A stretch of 64,000 nt of DNA from Thermoanaerobaculia bacterium (GCA_963719225.1 CAVRAY010000001.1:2976001-3040000); one strand, 5' to 3'. Positions 40,414 through 50,586 are shown, numbered from the stretch's first letter. Numbers and translations: made by a program. Notes: a model not told the origin generated them from the sequence alone.

Positions 40414-41895
40414 CTGCGTATCACGCACCTCGCGGCGGAATGCGTCCCCTTCGCGAAGACGGGGGGACTCGGAGACGTCGTCGGCTCGCTTCCGAAGGCG
40501 CTCGCGGCGCGCGGAAACGACGTGGACGTGTTCATGCCGTTCCACCTCGAGGCGGCGCGCTGGTACCGGCGCCGCAACACCTGGCCCGAGGCAGCTCTCC
40601 CTCCTTACGAGGTTTCGATCTTCGGGCGCCCGCACACGGTTGGCCTTCTCTGGGACCTCCTGCCCGGCAGCGTCGTTCCGATCTATTTCGTCGCGCACGA
40701 TCCCCTTTTCCATCGCCGCCAGATCTACGCGCCGAACGACCAGGGACGCGACGACGGGCTCTGGCGCTTCACGCTTTTCGTCCGCGCGGCGATCGAGGCC
40801 CTGAAAAGGCTCGACCGGCGGCCGCGGATCCTCCACGCGCACGACTGGCACCCCGCGCTCGCGCCGATGCTCGGCGCCTGGAGCAACTGGCGCGACCGCT
40901 GGTTCGACGATGTCGCGTCGGTCCTCACGATCCACAACCTCGGCTACCAGGGCGTGTACGGCCGGGAGGAGTTTCCGATCCTCGGATTGCCCGACTCCGC
41001 GTGGACGGGCGGCGCCGTCGCGCATCACGGCGATGTGAACCTCCTCAAGGGCGCCATCCTCGCCGCCGACATGATCACCGCCGTCTCCCCCACGTATGCG
41101 AACGAGATCAGAACGAGGGAGAAAGGAGTCGGCCTCGACGACGTGCTCAAGGCTCGCGGCGACCGCGTCGTCGGGATCCTGAACGGCGTCGACGCGTCCG
41201 TCTGGAGTCCCGCGCACGACCCCCATCTGCCCGCCCATTATGGACGCGAGGACCTGCGCGGAAAGGCCGAGTGCCGGGCCGAGCTGTGCCGGATCGCGGC
41301 TTTCGAGCCGGGCGATCCCGGAATGATCCTCGGCGCGATCGGACGCCTCACGGACCAGAAGGGTTTCGATCTCCTGCTCGAGGCCGCGCCCGAGCTCATC
41401 CGGCGCGGAATCCGTATCGCGATGCTGGGGTCCGGGGAGCCCGCGCTCGAAGGCGCGATGCGACTCCTCGAAGCGCATGCTCCCGGCCGCTTTCGCGCGT
41501 TCGTCGGCTACGACGAGCCGGTCGCGCACAAGATCGAGGCCGGGGCGGACGCGTTCGTCATGCCATCGCGGTTCGAGCCGTGCGGCCTCAGCCAGATGTA
41601 TTCGCTCGCCTACGGCACCCCGCCGATCGTACGCAGGACGGGAGGCCTGGCGGACTCGGTCACCGGCTTCGACGGCGGAAACCTCGCGCGGGCGACCGGC
41701 TTCTCGTTCGACGAGGCCACGCCGCACGCCCTCGCCGCGGCCGTCCTCTTCGCCCAGCGCGTGTTCTTCCATCGCGAGATGTGGCATCGCATCGTCATGA
41801 ACGGGATGACGCAGGACTTCTCCTGGGACCGCTCGGCCGGACAGTACGAAGCCGTCTACAGGCGCGCGTGCGAGGTCCGCGGCCTGCCCTGGTGA
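40414..41895 (+). CDS. glgA: Glycogen synthase (probable CTG start)
   Basis: In-frame upstream of the ORF-track start: CTG-RITHLAAECVPFAKTGGLGDV; also HAHDWH, TIHNLGYQG, VSPTYA.EI, PSRFEPCGL, TGGLADSV. Confidence 0.93.
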   Translation: MRITHLAAECVPFAKTGGLGDVVGSLPKALAARGNDVDVFMPFHLEAARWYRRRNTWPEAALPPYEVSIFGRPHTVGLLWDLLPGSVVPIYFVAHDPLFHRRQIYAPNDQGRDDGLWRFTLFVRAAIEALKRLDRRPRILHAHDWHPALAPMLGAWSNWRDRWFDDVASVLTIHNLGYQGVYGREEFPILGLPDSAWTGGAVAHHGDVNLLKGAILAADMITAVSPTYANEIRTREKGVGLDDVLKARGDRVVGILNGVDASVWSPAHDPHLPAHYGREDLRGKAECRAELCRIAAFEPGDPGMILGAIGRLTDQKGFDLLLEAAPELIRRGIRIAMLGSGEPALEGAMRLLEAHAPGRFRAFVGYDEPVAHKIEAGADAFVMPSRFEPCGLSQMYSLAYGTPPIVRRTGGLADSVTGFDGGNLARATGFSFDEATPHALAAAVLFAQRVFFHREMWHRIVMNGMTQDFSWDRSAGQYEAVYRRACEVRGLPW

Positions 41896-41899
41896 GGAA

Positions 41900-42565
41900 C
41901 TAGTCCTTCCCGAGCGCGGTGAGAGCGGCGGCCATCAGCTCGGGCGCCTCGGGCGCGTCTTCGGGAAGAGGCTCTTTTTTCCGGGGAGGAACGGACACCT
42001 GCGCCAAACGCTTTTCGCCTCCCAGTAGCGTGAGGACCGGGAATTCCTCGGGCGCGAGCCCGTCGTCCTCCAGCCCCTGGCGGATGTACTCGGCCGCAGC
42101 AGGCAGGAGGAAGTAGTCGGTCTCCTCGGCGAGGCGGGAGAGGTTGCACCGCACCGTCTTTCGCGAAACATCCTGGTCGAAATACCGGAACGTGGACGCC
42201 GGCGATGAGGCGGTGATCCGCCCTCCCGGGCCGCCGTGCATGAACCGCAGGGGCGGCCCGAGGTCCAGGCGAATCTCGTCCTGCATGACGTCCCGCCCGT
42301 CGACGCCCCGCACGACCTCGTGCCGGAGGATGAGGTCGCTTCGGACGAGACCGCGCACGAGCCAGGCGCTGCGCCGCGCGTTCTCGGCCTTCACGGACAC
42401 CTTCGCGAGGTCGCAGACGCGGTTCCCTCGGCCGTCCACGACGCGCTCGAGCGTGATTTTCGGAGGCTCTTCGGCATTCAAAATCCGCCCTGCGATCAAA
42501 ATAGAACAAGAGAAGAAAAGTGGATTTCTTAGAAAGGAAGAACGGCGAGAATGCTGGCGGTTCAG
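41900..42565 (-). CDS. Secreted hypothetical protein (distant paralogue C), probable CTG start
   Basis: AAGGAGG SD 6 nt before CTG 42565, CTGA overlap with upstream stop; signal peptide ending LNA-EEP. Confidence 0.6.
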   Translation of the reverse strand: MNRQHSRRSSFLRNPLFFSCSILIAGRILNAEEPPKITLERVVDGRGNRVCDLAKVSVKAENARRSAWLVRGLVRSDLILRHEVVRGVDGRDVMQDEIRLDLGPPLRFMHGGPGGRITASSPASTFRYFDQDVSRKTVRCNLSRLAEETDYFLLPAAAEYIRQGLEDDGLAPEEFPVLTLLGGEKRLAQVSVPPRKKEPLPEDAPEAPELMAAALTALGKD

Positions 42566-43446
42566 TTGACGCCTCCTTTCGGCGGCGGGAACGCCGGGGG
42601 TGCTGGGAACGGCACGAGGTCCAGAGGAAGACGCGCGAGGGCGCGCCACGGCGAAAGGTCCGCGGGAGCGGCGGAGTCCGGCTCGAAGACGACCGTCCTC
42701 TTGTCAAGCGGCTGCAGCTGGTCGAGGAATGCAATGTTGACCGCCAGCAACGGATCCCGGAGGTGATACGCCGGGAAGTCCCCGAGCGAGCGGTTGCTTT
42801 CAACGGACATCTTCAGAAGCGCCGCGAGGTCGCGTCGCTCGTCCTCATCGAACGTTCCGCCCGCGATCTCGGTGAGGGAGGCACGGACGGTCCGGCTCCC
42901 GAAGTCGTCGATGAAGTACTCGAGGGTGCCGCCCGGCGCCCGCACGCGATTGCGCATCCCGTCGCAGAGCGCGGCGTCGGCCGCGTTCTCGGGAAGAGAA
43001 GATCGCCCCGACGACCAGACCTCGAAGGCAGTCCGAGCCGATGCGACGCGCGCAAAGGTTCGCTCTTCCTCGAGGTGGCGCTCGTCCACGTGGCCGCTCG
43101 ACGACTCGAGGACGTATTGCACCCCGGAGGGCATCGTCACGAGGAGGAGGTTGCGCGAGGGCCAGAAGCGCCGCCACTCCTCCGTGAGGGCCGCGTACCG
43201 CAGGACGACCCAGCGCGCCCGAAAGAGGGGCTGCGCGTCCGGCGGTGCCGCCTTCTCGCGGGCGACGAAGCTGGCATCGCCCTGCAGGAAGGCCCGGCCC
43301 CGGAATGAGTCGAACCAGTCCGGCTCTTCCGCCCGGAGCGCGGCCGATACCGCACAATGCAGGGCGGCCACGCTCAATGTCAGGGCGAAGAGATTCTTCG
43401 AAAGGGAGAGAAAGCGTCCGTCGAACCGGGCCCTCGCGGTCCTCAT
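42562..43446 (-). CDS. Secreted hypothetical protein (paralogue B)
   Basis: ATGA overlap; signal peptide ending LRA-EEP; full-length similarity to 43443-44294. Confidence 0.75.
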   Translation of the reverse strand: MRTARARFDGRFLSLSKNLFALTLSVAALHCAVSAALRAEEPDWFDSFRGRAFLQGDASFVAREKAAPPDAQPLFRARWVVLRYAALTEEWRRFWPSRNLLLVTMPSGVQYVLESSSGHVDERHLEEERTFARVASARTAFEVWSSGRSSLPENAADAALCDGMRNRVRAPGGTLEYFIDDFGSRTVRASLTEIAGGTFDEDERRDLAALLKMSVESNRSLGDFPAYHLRDPLLAVNIAFLDQLQPLDKRTVVFEPDSAAPADLSPWRALARLPLDLVPFPAPPAFPPPKGGVN

Positions 43447-44294
43447 TGCATCGGGCTCTCCGGCGGCAATGCCGGGAAGGGCGGAAGGTCCTGCGGCAGG
43501 TACGTCAGCGTGCGCCACGGCGCAAGGTCGCCTGGAGGGGCGTCCTCGGGTACCAGCGCGAGGTCCCGCCTATCGGGCGGAACATTCGATCTTTCCATGA
43601 AGAGATAGCTCCAGGCGATACGGATGCCGGATGAGAAGCCCGGCGCGGGACCGGAGCCGCCGCCGAGGCTGGGAATATCCAGCGAACGCAGGCGGTCGAG
43701 CTCCCTGACCTCGTCGCGCGAAAAGACCGCGTCGCGAATCTCGGCGAGCGCGACGGAGACGGTTCGCGAACGGATGTCCTGCAGGCGCACGCGACTGATT
43801 TCCTGGCCACCCCCGATGAACCGGTAACGTGTCCCCGCGCACGCCTGTTCGGGCAGTGTGCCGGGTTCATTCGCGTTCGACGCATCCGATTCGCGAGGAT
43901 CCACGGTCGCCCAGCTCTCGAAGGCGAGCCCGCGGCTCGCACTCGAGAGACGCGTCCATGCCCGAGGTGCATCGAGGTGCTCCAGATCGGCAACGTCCGA
44001 TGTGATCTCGGCGACAAACCGGTTTCCCGAATCCGCTTCGATCAGGAAGAGGCTGCGTGTCGGCCACCAGCGTCGCTCCGCATCCCCCGTCCATGCTTTC
44101 ACTCGAAGAAGAAGGTGCCGCACGCGGAAGAGAGCCGGCGACCCGGGGCGCACGGGCTTCTCCTTGACGACATAAGACCGGTCCACCTCGACGAAGGTCC
44201 TGTCCTTCAGGTTTGCGAAGTAGTCGTGAGGCTCCTCGGCACGCATCGCGGCCGAGATCGCGCAGAACGCGAGTAGCACTTTCCGGCCTTTCAT
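43443..44294 (-). CDS. Secreted hypothetical protein (paralogue A)
   Basis: ATGA overlap with suhB stop; signal peptide ending MRA-EEP; full-length similarity to 42562-43446. Confidence 0.75.
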   Translation of the reverse strand: MKGRKVLLAFCAISAAMRAEEPHDYFANLKDRTFVEVDRSYVVKEKPVRPGSPALFRVRHLLLRVKAWTGDAERRWWPTRSLFLIEADSGNRFVAEITSDVADLEHLDAPRAWTRLSSASRGLAFESWATVDPRESDASNANEPGTLPEQACAGTRYRFIGGGQEISRVRLQDIRSRTVSVALAEIRDAVFSRDEVRELDRLRSLDIPSLGGGSGPAPGFSSGIRIAWSYLFMERSNVPPDRRDLALVPEDAPPGDLAPWRTLTYLPQDLPPFPALPPESPMQ

Positions 44295-45109
44295 AGATCC
44301 TTCTCTTCGACTCCGGTCGCCCGCATGACCTCGAGAAGCGCCGCGTGGACGCCGGGCGTCGCGGCGAGGACGTTGCCGCGCGTCCGCCACGATGCGCCGC
44401 CGTCGAAGTCCGTGAGGACGCCGCCCGCCTCCTCGACGAGGAGCGCGCCGGCCGCCGTGTCCCACGGCGACAGGCCGAACTCGAAGAAGCCGTCGAAGAT
44501 GCCCCCTGCGACGTAGGCGAGGTCGAGCGCGGCGCTGCCGGCCCGGCGGAGCGAACGCGATTTCAAAAAGACCGCCCGGAAGATCGAGAGATAAAGGTCG
44601 ATCTTATGCTGCTGCCGGAACGGAAAGCCCGTCGCGAGCGCCGCGCCCCCGAGGCCTTCGCGCGGAGGCACGCGGAGCCGTTGTCCGTTGCGGAAGGCTC
44701 CCGCGCCCGCTTCGGCGGCGAAGAGGTCCTTCTTGACGGGGTCCCACACGACGCCGGCTTCGAGGGACCCGAGGAGGCCGCCCCGGGTGCGCGCGATCGA
44801 GACGGCCCAGTGCGGAAAGCCGCGCACGAAGTTCGCCGTGCCGTCGAGCGGATCGACGATCCACGACGGAGCCGTCTCGTCCGCCCCCGTGAGCCCGGTT
44901 TCCTCTCCGAGAAAGCGGTCGCTGGGAAACGCGCCGAGGAGCACGCGCCGTATGACGGCCTCGCTCTCACGGTCCGCGATCGAAACGACGTCGTTCTTCG
45001 ACTTCTCCTCGACGCGCGCCGGATCGAGCCGTCCAAAGTGAGCGAGAAGGACCTCTCCGGCCTCGCGCGCGGCATCGATCGCGGCGTCGACCGGGCGCGG
45101 GCCGCTCAA
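44291..45109 (-). CDS. suhB: Inositol monophosphatase family protein
   Basis: ADRESE, GEE, WIVDPLDGTANF, RRAGSAALDL, PWDTAAG. Confidence 0.93.
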   Translation of the reverse strand: MSGPRPVDAAIDAAREAGEVLLAHFGRLDPARVEEKSKNDVVSIADRESEAVIRRVLLGAFPSDRFLGEETGLTGADETAPSWIVDPLDGTANFVRGFPHWAVSIARTRGGLLGSLEAGVVWDPVKKDLFAAEAGAGAFRNGQRLRVPPREGLGGAALATGFPFRQQHKIDLYLSIFRAVFLKSRSLRRAGSAALDLAYVAGGIFDGFFEFGLSPWDTAAGALLVEEAGGVLTDFDGGASWRTRGNVLAATPGVHAALLEVMRATGVEEKDL

Positions 45110-45936
45110 TGGAACACGGGCGGCTCGTCCTCCTCCGCCATCTTCTCGGACGCGGCCTGGGCCTGCACCGATTCCGGGAAGCGCTCGACGATCTCAGCCC
45201 ACACCGCGCGGGCAAGCCCGCGGACTCCCAGCTCTTCGGCGAGTTCGGCGCGCGACAGGAGGTTCTCGGGCTCGTCCGGGCGCAGCGCCGACAGGAACGT
45301 CACGGCCCGAAAACGTCCGGCCTCGTCGCCGGTTCTCCCGCGGCAGCCGGACAGGTTGCGAAGGACGCGCTCGAGAAGCGCCGGCAGCTCCAGCTGCCGG
45401 AGATACTCGGCGCGCCAGGGAACGCGCCCGCCCGCGAGAGACTTCACCTTGCGCCGGCAGTCGTCCACCGTGAGCGGGACACCTCCGGCGAAGGGGTCGG
45501 CGAGGGTTCCGGGCGGCGTCCCGACGCGCACGATGAAATGACCCGGAAGGCCGATTCCCGCGACCGGAATTCCCGCGCGGCGGCCGACCTCCATCCAGAG
45601 AATCGACAGCAGGATCGGCATTCCCTTGCGCCGCTCGAGAAGCGGCCCGAAGAGCACGTTGCGCGGGTCGTAATAGTCGTCCTCGTCGCCGGCGAATCCG
45701 AGCTCCTCGGAGAGAACACGTGCGAGGAGCCGCGCCTTCTGGAAGGACGAGCGCGTCCCGGCCGCGCGCGCGCGGACCGCGGACGCGGCCTCGTCGAGAA
45801 GCGCTTCGGCCGGCCGACGCGCCCCGGGACGCGTGCCCTCGATCGAGAACATCGCCCCGATGAGGTCGTCACGGCGCACGGCCTCGAGGAACTCGGCGAG
45901 ATCCCGCTCGTCCTCGCGCGCCCAGAGCTCTTTCAT
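45106..45936 (-). CDS. Transglutaminase-like SirB1/YchA family protein with TPR
   Basis: GFAGD..DYYDPRN, L.RRKG.PI.LS, GIGLPGHFIVR, DPF, RVLRNL. Confidence 0.88.
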   Translation of the reverse strand: MKELWAREDERDLAEFLEAVRRDDLIGAMFSIEGTRPGARRPAEALLDEAASAVRARAAGTRSSFQKARLLARVLSEELGFAGDEDDYYDPRNVLFGPLLERRKGMPILLSILWMEVGRRAGIPVAGIGLPGHFIVRVGTPPGTLADPFAGGVPLTVDDCRRKVKSLAGGRVPWRAEYLRQLELPALLERVLRNLSGCRGRTGDEAGRFRAVTFLSALRPDEPENLLSRAELAEELGVRGLARAVWAEIVERFPESVQAQAASEKMAEEDEPPVFH

Positions 45937-45944
45937 CGCACCAC

Positions 45945-45961
45945 CTAGAATCCCATTCTAG
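45945..45961. promoter_or_regulatory. Palindromic back-to-back -10 elements (putative bidirectional promoter)
   Basis: CTAGAAT-CCC-ATTCTAG in a 24-bp gap between divergent genes; TAGAAT on each strand. Confidence 0.55.
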
Positions 45962-47262
45962 TGAACGCGGCCCGTCCGCGCGTCGTGATCGTGGGCGGGG
46001 GCTTCGGGGGCCTCCGCACGGCCCGTCGCCTTCGCCAGCTCCCCGTCGAGGTCACCGTCCTCGACCGAAGGAACTTCCATCTCTTCCAGCCCCTCCTCTA
46101 CCAGGTCGCGACGGGCGCGCTCTCGCCGGCGAACATCGCCGCGCCTCTTCGGGCGATCCTGAAGCGCAGCCGCAACACCCGCGTGCTGCTCGAGGACGTG
46201 ACCGGATTCGATGCCGCGGCCCGCCGCGTTCTGACGACGAACGGCGAATTCCCGTACGACATCCTCGTCGTCGCGGCCGGGGTGCGCCACCACTACTTCG
46301 GACACGACGATTGGGAGTCCGCGGCCCCCGGCTTGAAGACGCTCGAGGACGCGGTCGAGATCCGGCGCCGTATCCTGCTCGCCTTCGAACGGGCGGAGAC
46401 CGCAACGGATCCCGCGGAGCGACGCGCTCTCCTCACGTTCGTGATCGTGGGCGCCGGACCCACGGGAGTCGAGCTCGCGGGAGCGCTCGGCGAGATCGCG
46501 CGCCACACGCTGCGTCGCGAGTTTCGCGCGATCGACCCTTCGGAGGCTCGCATCCTCCTCGTCGAGGGAGGTCCGCGCGTCCTGCCCGCGTATCCGCCGG
46601 AGCTTTCCACGAAGGCGCAGAAAGCGCTCGCCACCCTCGGCGTCGACGTGTCGCTCGACACGAGCGTCACGGACGTGAAGGAAGCCGCAGTCACGGTCTC
46701 CCGGGCTGGAGTCCCCGAGACGATCGCGGCCCGGACGATTCTCTGGGCTGCCGGCGTGGCGGCGTCTCCGCTGGCGGCCTCGCTCGCCTCGGCGACGGGG
46801 GCGAAAACCGACCGCGCGGGCCGTCTCCCCGTGAATCCCGACCTGACGCTTCCCGGACGTCCGGAGATCTTCGTGATCGGCGACATGGCGGCGCTCACGG
46901 ACGAAGAGGGCCGCCCGCTGCCCGGAGTCGCGCCCGTCGCCATGCAGCAGGGCCGGTACGTCGCGCGCGTCCTCACGGCGCGCCTCGCGGGGCGTCCGGC
47001 CCCCGCGCCGTTCCGCTACCACGACAAGGGGAGCATGGCGACGATCGGCCGCGGCCGCGCGGTCGCGGATCTCGGGTTCCTTCGCATCGCGGGATATCCG
47101 GCGTGGCTCGCGTGGCTCTTCATCCACCTCATGTATCTCGTGCAGTTCGGGAACCGGATCCTGACCCTCGTCCAGTGGGCGTGGAATTACGTGACGTGGA
47201 ATCGGTCGGCGCGGCTCATCACGGGGCCTAGTGCCGCTTCACGATCGAGTCGAGGATCATGA
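45961..47262 (+). CDS. ndh: Type II NADH dehydrogenase
   Basis: VIVGGGFGG, FQPLLYQVATG, VGAGPTGVELAG, FVIGD, AMQQG, F.YHDKGSMATIGR. Confidence 0.94.
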   Translation: MNAARPRVVIVGGGFGGLRTARRLRQLPVEVTVLDRRNFHLFQPLLYQVATGALSPANIAAPLRAILKRSRNTRVLLEDVTGFDAAARRVLTTNGEFPYDILVVAAGVRHHYFGHDDWESAAPGLKTLEDAVEIRRRILLAFERAETATDPAERRALLTFVIVGAGPTGVELAGALGEIARHTLRREFRAIDPSEARILLVEGGPRVLPAYPPELSTKAQKALATLGVDVSLDTSVTDVKEAAVTVSRAGVPETIAARTILWAAGVAASPLAASLASATGAKTDRAGRLPVNPDLTLPGRPEIFVIGDMAALTDEEGRPLPGVAPVAMQQGRYVARVLTARLAGRPAPAPFRYHDKGSMATIGRGRAVADLGFLRIAGYPAWLAWLFIHLMYLVQFGNRILTLVQWAWNYVTWNRSARLITGPSAASRSSRGS

Positions 47263-47662
47263 GGAACGCGTTCTCCTGGTTCGGCTCCGTCTTGTTGATG
47301 ACGGCGAGGCAGGAGCCCTCCGGAAAGAGCTGGTGGAGCTCCTCGGCGGGCCGGCTCGAGAGGATCACGATCCGCCGGCAGGCGACGCCGCGGCCCTTCG
47401 CGAGCTCGAACATCTTCCGCCCGCCGAAGAGCGGCAGCTCGAGGTCGATGAGAAGAAGGCTCACGTCGGCACCGAGCGCCGCGAGCGCCTCGATGGGATC
47501 GCGGTAGAACTCGAACGAGACGGCCGGCCCGTAGCGGCACGCGAGGACCGCGCGCCAGGCCTCCGCATAGAGCGGGGAATCGTCCACGAGGACGACCCGC
47601 TTCGGCTTCCCCGCCGCGACCGGGACCTCCGAGGACACGGGCTTCAGATAGGGCTCGCTCAA
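47228..47662 (-). CDS. Single-domain response regulator (receiver)
   Basis: VVLVDDS, LLLIDLELP (phosphoacceptor Asp), VILSS, INK. TTG 47662 overlaps the pyrC stop. Confidence 0.75.
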   Translation of the reverse strand: MSEPYLKPVSSEVPVAAGKPKRVVLVDDSPLYAEAWRAVLACRYGPAVSFEFYRDPIEALAALGADVSLLLIDLELPLFGGRKMFELAKGRGVACRRIVILSSRPAEELHQLFPEGSCLAVINKTEPNQENAFLMILDSIVKRH

Positions 47663-48972
47663 CGGGCGGCTCCCGCCACGCCTGCGCCGCGCGCGTAGAT
47701 CTCGCGCCCCCCCACGAACGTGCGCTCGATGCGTCCGCGCAGAGTGCGCGCGGTCCATGGCGAGTTCTTCGATCGGCTCACGAAGCCGTCGGGCGTGACA
47801 TGCGTCGACTTCGTCGTCGAGAACACGACGACGTCGGCGGGCGCCCCTTCCCCGAGCGTGCCGCCCGGAAGGGAGAAGACGCGCGCGGGAGCGGTCGACA
47901 GCACGTCGACGAGCCGCATGAGCGTGATCGCCCGGGGCACGAGAAGCGCGTCGACGAGGACCGGCAGGGCGGTCTCCAGGCCGGTCACGCCGAAGGGAGC
48001 GTCCTCGAACTCGAGAGCTTTCTCGTCCTCGTGGTGGGGAGCGTGATCGGTCGCGACCGCATCGATCGTTCCCTCCACGAGCGCGGCGACCAAGGCCGCG
48101 CGGTCGATCTCGGACCTCAGCGGCGGGTTCATCTTGAAGCGCGTATCGTAGCCGGAGCGCACGACGTCCTCGTCGGTCAGCGTGAGGTGGTGCGGCGTCA
48201 CCTCGCACGTCACCGCGACTCCGGCCCGCCGCGCGGCGCGGATCGCGTCGAGGCTTTCGCGCGTCGAGACGTGAGCGACGTGAAGGCGCGCTTTCGTGAG
48301 CGCCGCAAGCTGAACGTCGCGCGCGACCATCGCGGACTCGCCGACGTTCGGCCAGCCCGGCAACCCGAGGCGGGTCGAGGCCCAGCCCTCGTTCATGACG
48401 CCGCCGCCCACGACCGCGGCGTCCTCCTCGTGGACGACGACGGGCAGGCCGAACATCCAGGCGTACTCGAGGGCCCGCCGCATCAGCATGCCGTTCGCGA
48501 TCGGCTTTCCGTCGTCGGAGACGGCGACGATGCCCTCGGCTTTCATCGAGCCGATCTCGGCGAGCGCGAGGCCTTGAAGCCCTTTCGTAACGGCGCCGAT
48601 CGGGTGGACGCGCACGACGGCGGTTTCCCGGATGCGCCGGACGAGGAAGGCAACCGAAGGCGCGTCGTCGAGAACGGGCATCGTGTTCGCCATCGCGCAG
48701 ACCGTCGTGAAGCCTCCCGCCGCCGCGGCGCGCGTGCCGGTCGCGACAGTCTCCTTGTATTCGAAGCCCGGCTCGCGAAGGTGCGCATGGAGATCCACGA
48801 ATCCCGGCGCGACGACGAGGCCCGCGGCGTCCACGACGTCGGCCCCTTTCGCCGCAATCTTCTCGTCCACTTTCGCGACGACGCCGTCGCGGAGAAGGAC
48901 GTCCAGAGTCTGGTCGAGGTTGCGGGAGGGGTCCACGACGCGTCCGCCCCTCAGGAGCACGGCTTCACTCAT
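47659..48972 (-). CDS. pyrC: Dihydroorotase
   Basis: [41 protein letters not shown]. Confidence 0.96.
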   Translation of the reverse strand: MSEAVLLRGGRVVDPSRNLDQTLDVLLRDGVVAKVDEKIAAKGADVVDAAGLVVAPGFVDLHAHLREPGFEYKETVATGTRAAAAGGFTTVCAMANTMPVLDDAPSVAFLVRRIRETAVVRVHPIGAVTKGLQGLALAEIGSMKAEGIVAVSDDGKPIANGMLMRRALEYAWMFGLPVVVHEEDAAVVGGGVMNEGWASTRLGLPGWPNVGESAMVARDVQLAALTKARLHVAHVSTRESLDAIRAARRAGVAVTCEVTPHHLTLTDEDVVRSGYDTRFKMNPPLRSEIDRAALVAALVEGTIDAVATDHAPHHEDEKALEFEDAPFGVTGLETALPVLVDALLVPRAITLMRLVDVLSTAPARVFSLPGGTLGEGAPADVVVFSTTKSTHVTPDGFVSRSKNSPWTARTLRGRIERTFVGGREIYARGAGVAGAAR

Positions 48973-49942
48973 CGCCGCTCGCTCCGATCAGGAGATAGAG
49001 GACGGCCATCCGGACCGCGACGCCGTTTTCGACCTGCTCGAGAATCACGGAGTCGGGCCCGTCCGCCACGGCGGAGTCGATCTCGACCCCGCGGTTCATC
49101 GGGCCGGGGTGCATCACGATCGCGTCTTTCTTCGCGAGGCGCCTCCGCTCGGGCGTCAGGCCGAAAAGATCGAAGTACTCCTTGTCGGAGGGGAACCCGA
49201 GGCCGCCGCCCCGTTCCTTCTGGACGCGCAGGATCATGACGACGTCCGCGCCTTCGACGGCCTCTTCCAGCCGCGTCACGACGCGCGCGCCCGTGCGCTC
49301 GATTTCGACGGGCAGCAGCGTCGCCGGGCCGAAGAGCGTGACGCCCGCGCCCATCTTCGTCAGAAGAGACAGGTTCGAGCGGGCGACCCGGCTGTGCGAG
49401 ATGTCGCCACAGATCGCGACCCTGAGTCCCGCGAGCGAGCCTTTCGCCCGGCGGATCGTGAAGGCATCCAGCAAGGCCTGCGTGGGATGCGCGTGCGCGC
49501 CGTCGCCCGCGTTCACGACCGCGCACGGGAGGTTCCGCGCCAGGAGGTGGGGGGCTCCCGCGCGCTGGTGGCGGATGACGATCGCGTCCGGCGCCATCGC
49601 CATGAGGTTCCGCCCCGTATCGAGCAGTGTTTCTCCCTTCGCGACCGACGTCCCCGTGGCGGAGAGGGCGATCGAGTCCGCGGAGAGCCGCCGCTCGGCG
49701 ATCTCGAACGAGAAACGCGTGCGCGTGGAGTTCTCGAAGAAGAGGTTCGCGACGAGCTTGCCGCGGAGGGTCGGGACTTTCTTGATGGAGCGCTGGTTGA
49801 TCTCGCGCATCGACTCGGCCGTGTCGAGGACGAGCCGGATGTCGTCCACCGTGATCGACTCGATGTCGAGAAGGTCCTTCCGCGAGAACGTGGGCAAGCG
49901 CGGGATGGCCGGCTCCGGGTTCTCGCTTCGCTTCGTGGTCAC
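48965..49942 (-). CDS. pyrB: Aspartate carbamoyltransferase catalytic subunit
   Basis: [37 protein letters not shown]. Confidence 0.97.
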   Translation of the reverse strand: MTTKRSENPEPAIPRLPTFSRKDLLDIESITVDDIRLVLDTAESMREINQRSIKKVPTLRGKLVANLFFENSTRTRFSFEIAERRLSADSIALSATGTSVAKGETLLDTGRNLMAMAPDAIVIRHQRAGAPHLLARNLPCAVVNAGDGAHAHPTQALLDAFTIRRAKGSLAGLRVAICGDISHSRVARSNLSLLTKMGAGVTLFGPATLLPVEIERTGARVVTRLEEAVEGADVVMILRVQKERGGGLGFPSDKEYFDLFGLTPERRRLAKKDAIVMHPGPMNRGVEIDSAVADGPDSVILEQVENGVAVRMAVLYLLIGASGDE

Positions 49943-49956
49943 GCCGTGCGCACCGC

Positions 49957-50586
49957 CTATTTCTTCGAACGCCGCTTCGGGCCCTTTTTCGCGGCCGGCG
50001 CGACGGCTCGCCGCGCGGCCTTCGCGGCGGCCTCGCGGTCCAGCAGCCAGACGTCATCGTCCCCGTCCGTTTCCCGGAACGTGACCGAGACGATCTCCGT
50101 CGCCGAGGTCGCGACCCTCTTGCCGACGAACTGCGCCTCGATGGGCAGCTCGCGGCGGCCCCGGTCGACGAGGACGGCGAGGAGGATCTTCCGCGGACGG
50201 CCGAAATCGAGGATGGCGTCCATCGCGGCACGCACCGTGCGGCCCGTGTAGATGACGTCGTCGCACAGGATGACCGTGCGGCGCTCGACGGGGAACGGAA
50301 TCTCGGTCTTCTTCAGGACGGGGGAGGCCGCGACCGTGGAGAGGTCGTCGCGATAGAGCGTGATGTCGAGGAGCCCGACGGGTATGCGCACGCGCTCGAT
50401 GCGCTCGATCTCGGCCGCGAGGCGCCGGGCGAGCGGGACTCCCCGCGTTCGGATTCCGATCAGAACGAAACCCTCGGTCCCGCCTTCGGCCTCGACGATC
50501 TCGCGGGCCATGCGGGCGACCGCCCGCCCCTGGCCGGCGCCATCGAGCAGCCGGAGCTTCCGGTAGGTCCCCGCGGCTTCGCCCAT
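49957..50586 (-). CDS. pyrR: Pyrimidine regulatory protein / uracil phosphoribosyltransferase PyrR
   Basis: [37 protein letters not shown]. Confidence 0.95.
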   Translation of the reverse strand: MGEAAGTYRKLRLLDGAGQGRAVARMAREIVEAEGGTEGFVLIGIRTRGVPLARRLAAEIERIERVRIPVGLLDITLYRDDLSTVAASPVLKKTEIPFPVERRTVILCDDVIYTGRTVRAAMDAILDFGRPRKILLAVLVDRGRRELPIEAQFVGKRVATSATEIVSVTFRETDGDDDVWLLDREAAAKAARRAVAPAAKKGPKRRSKK

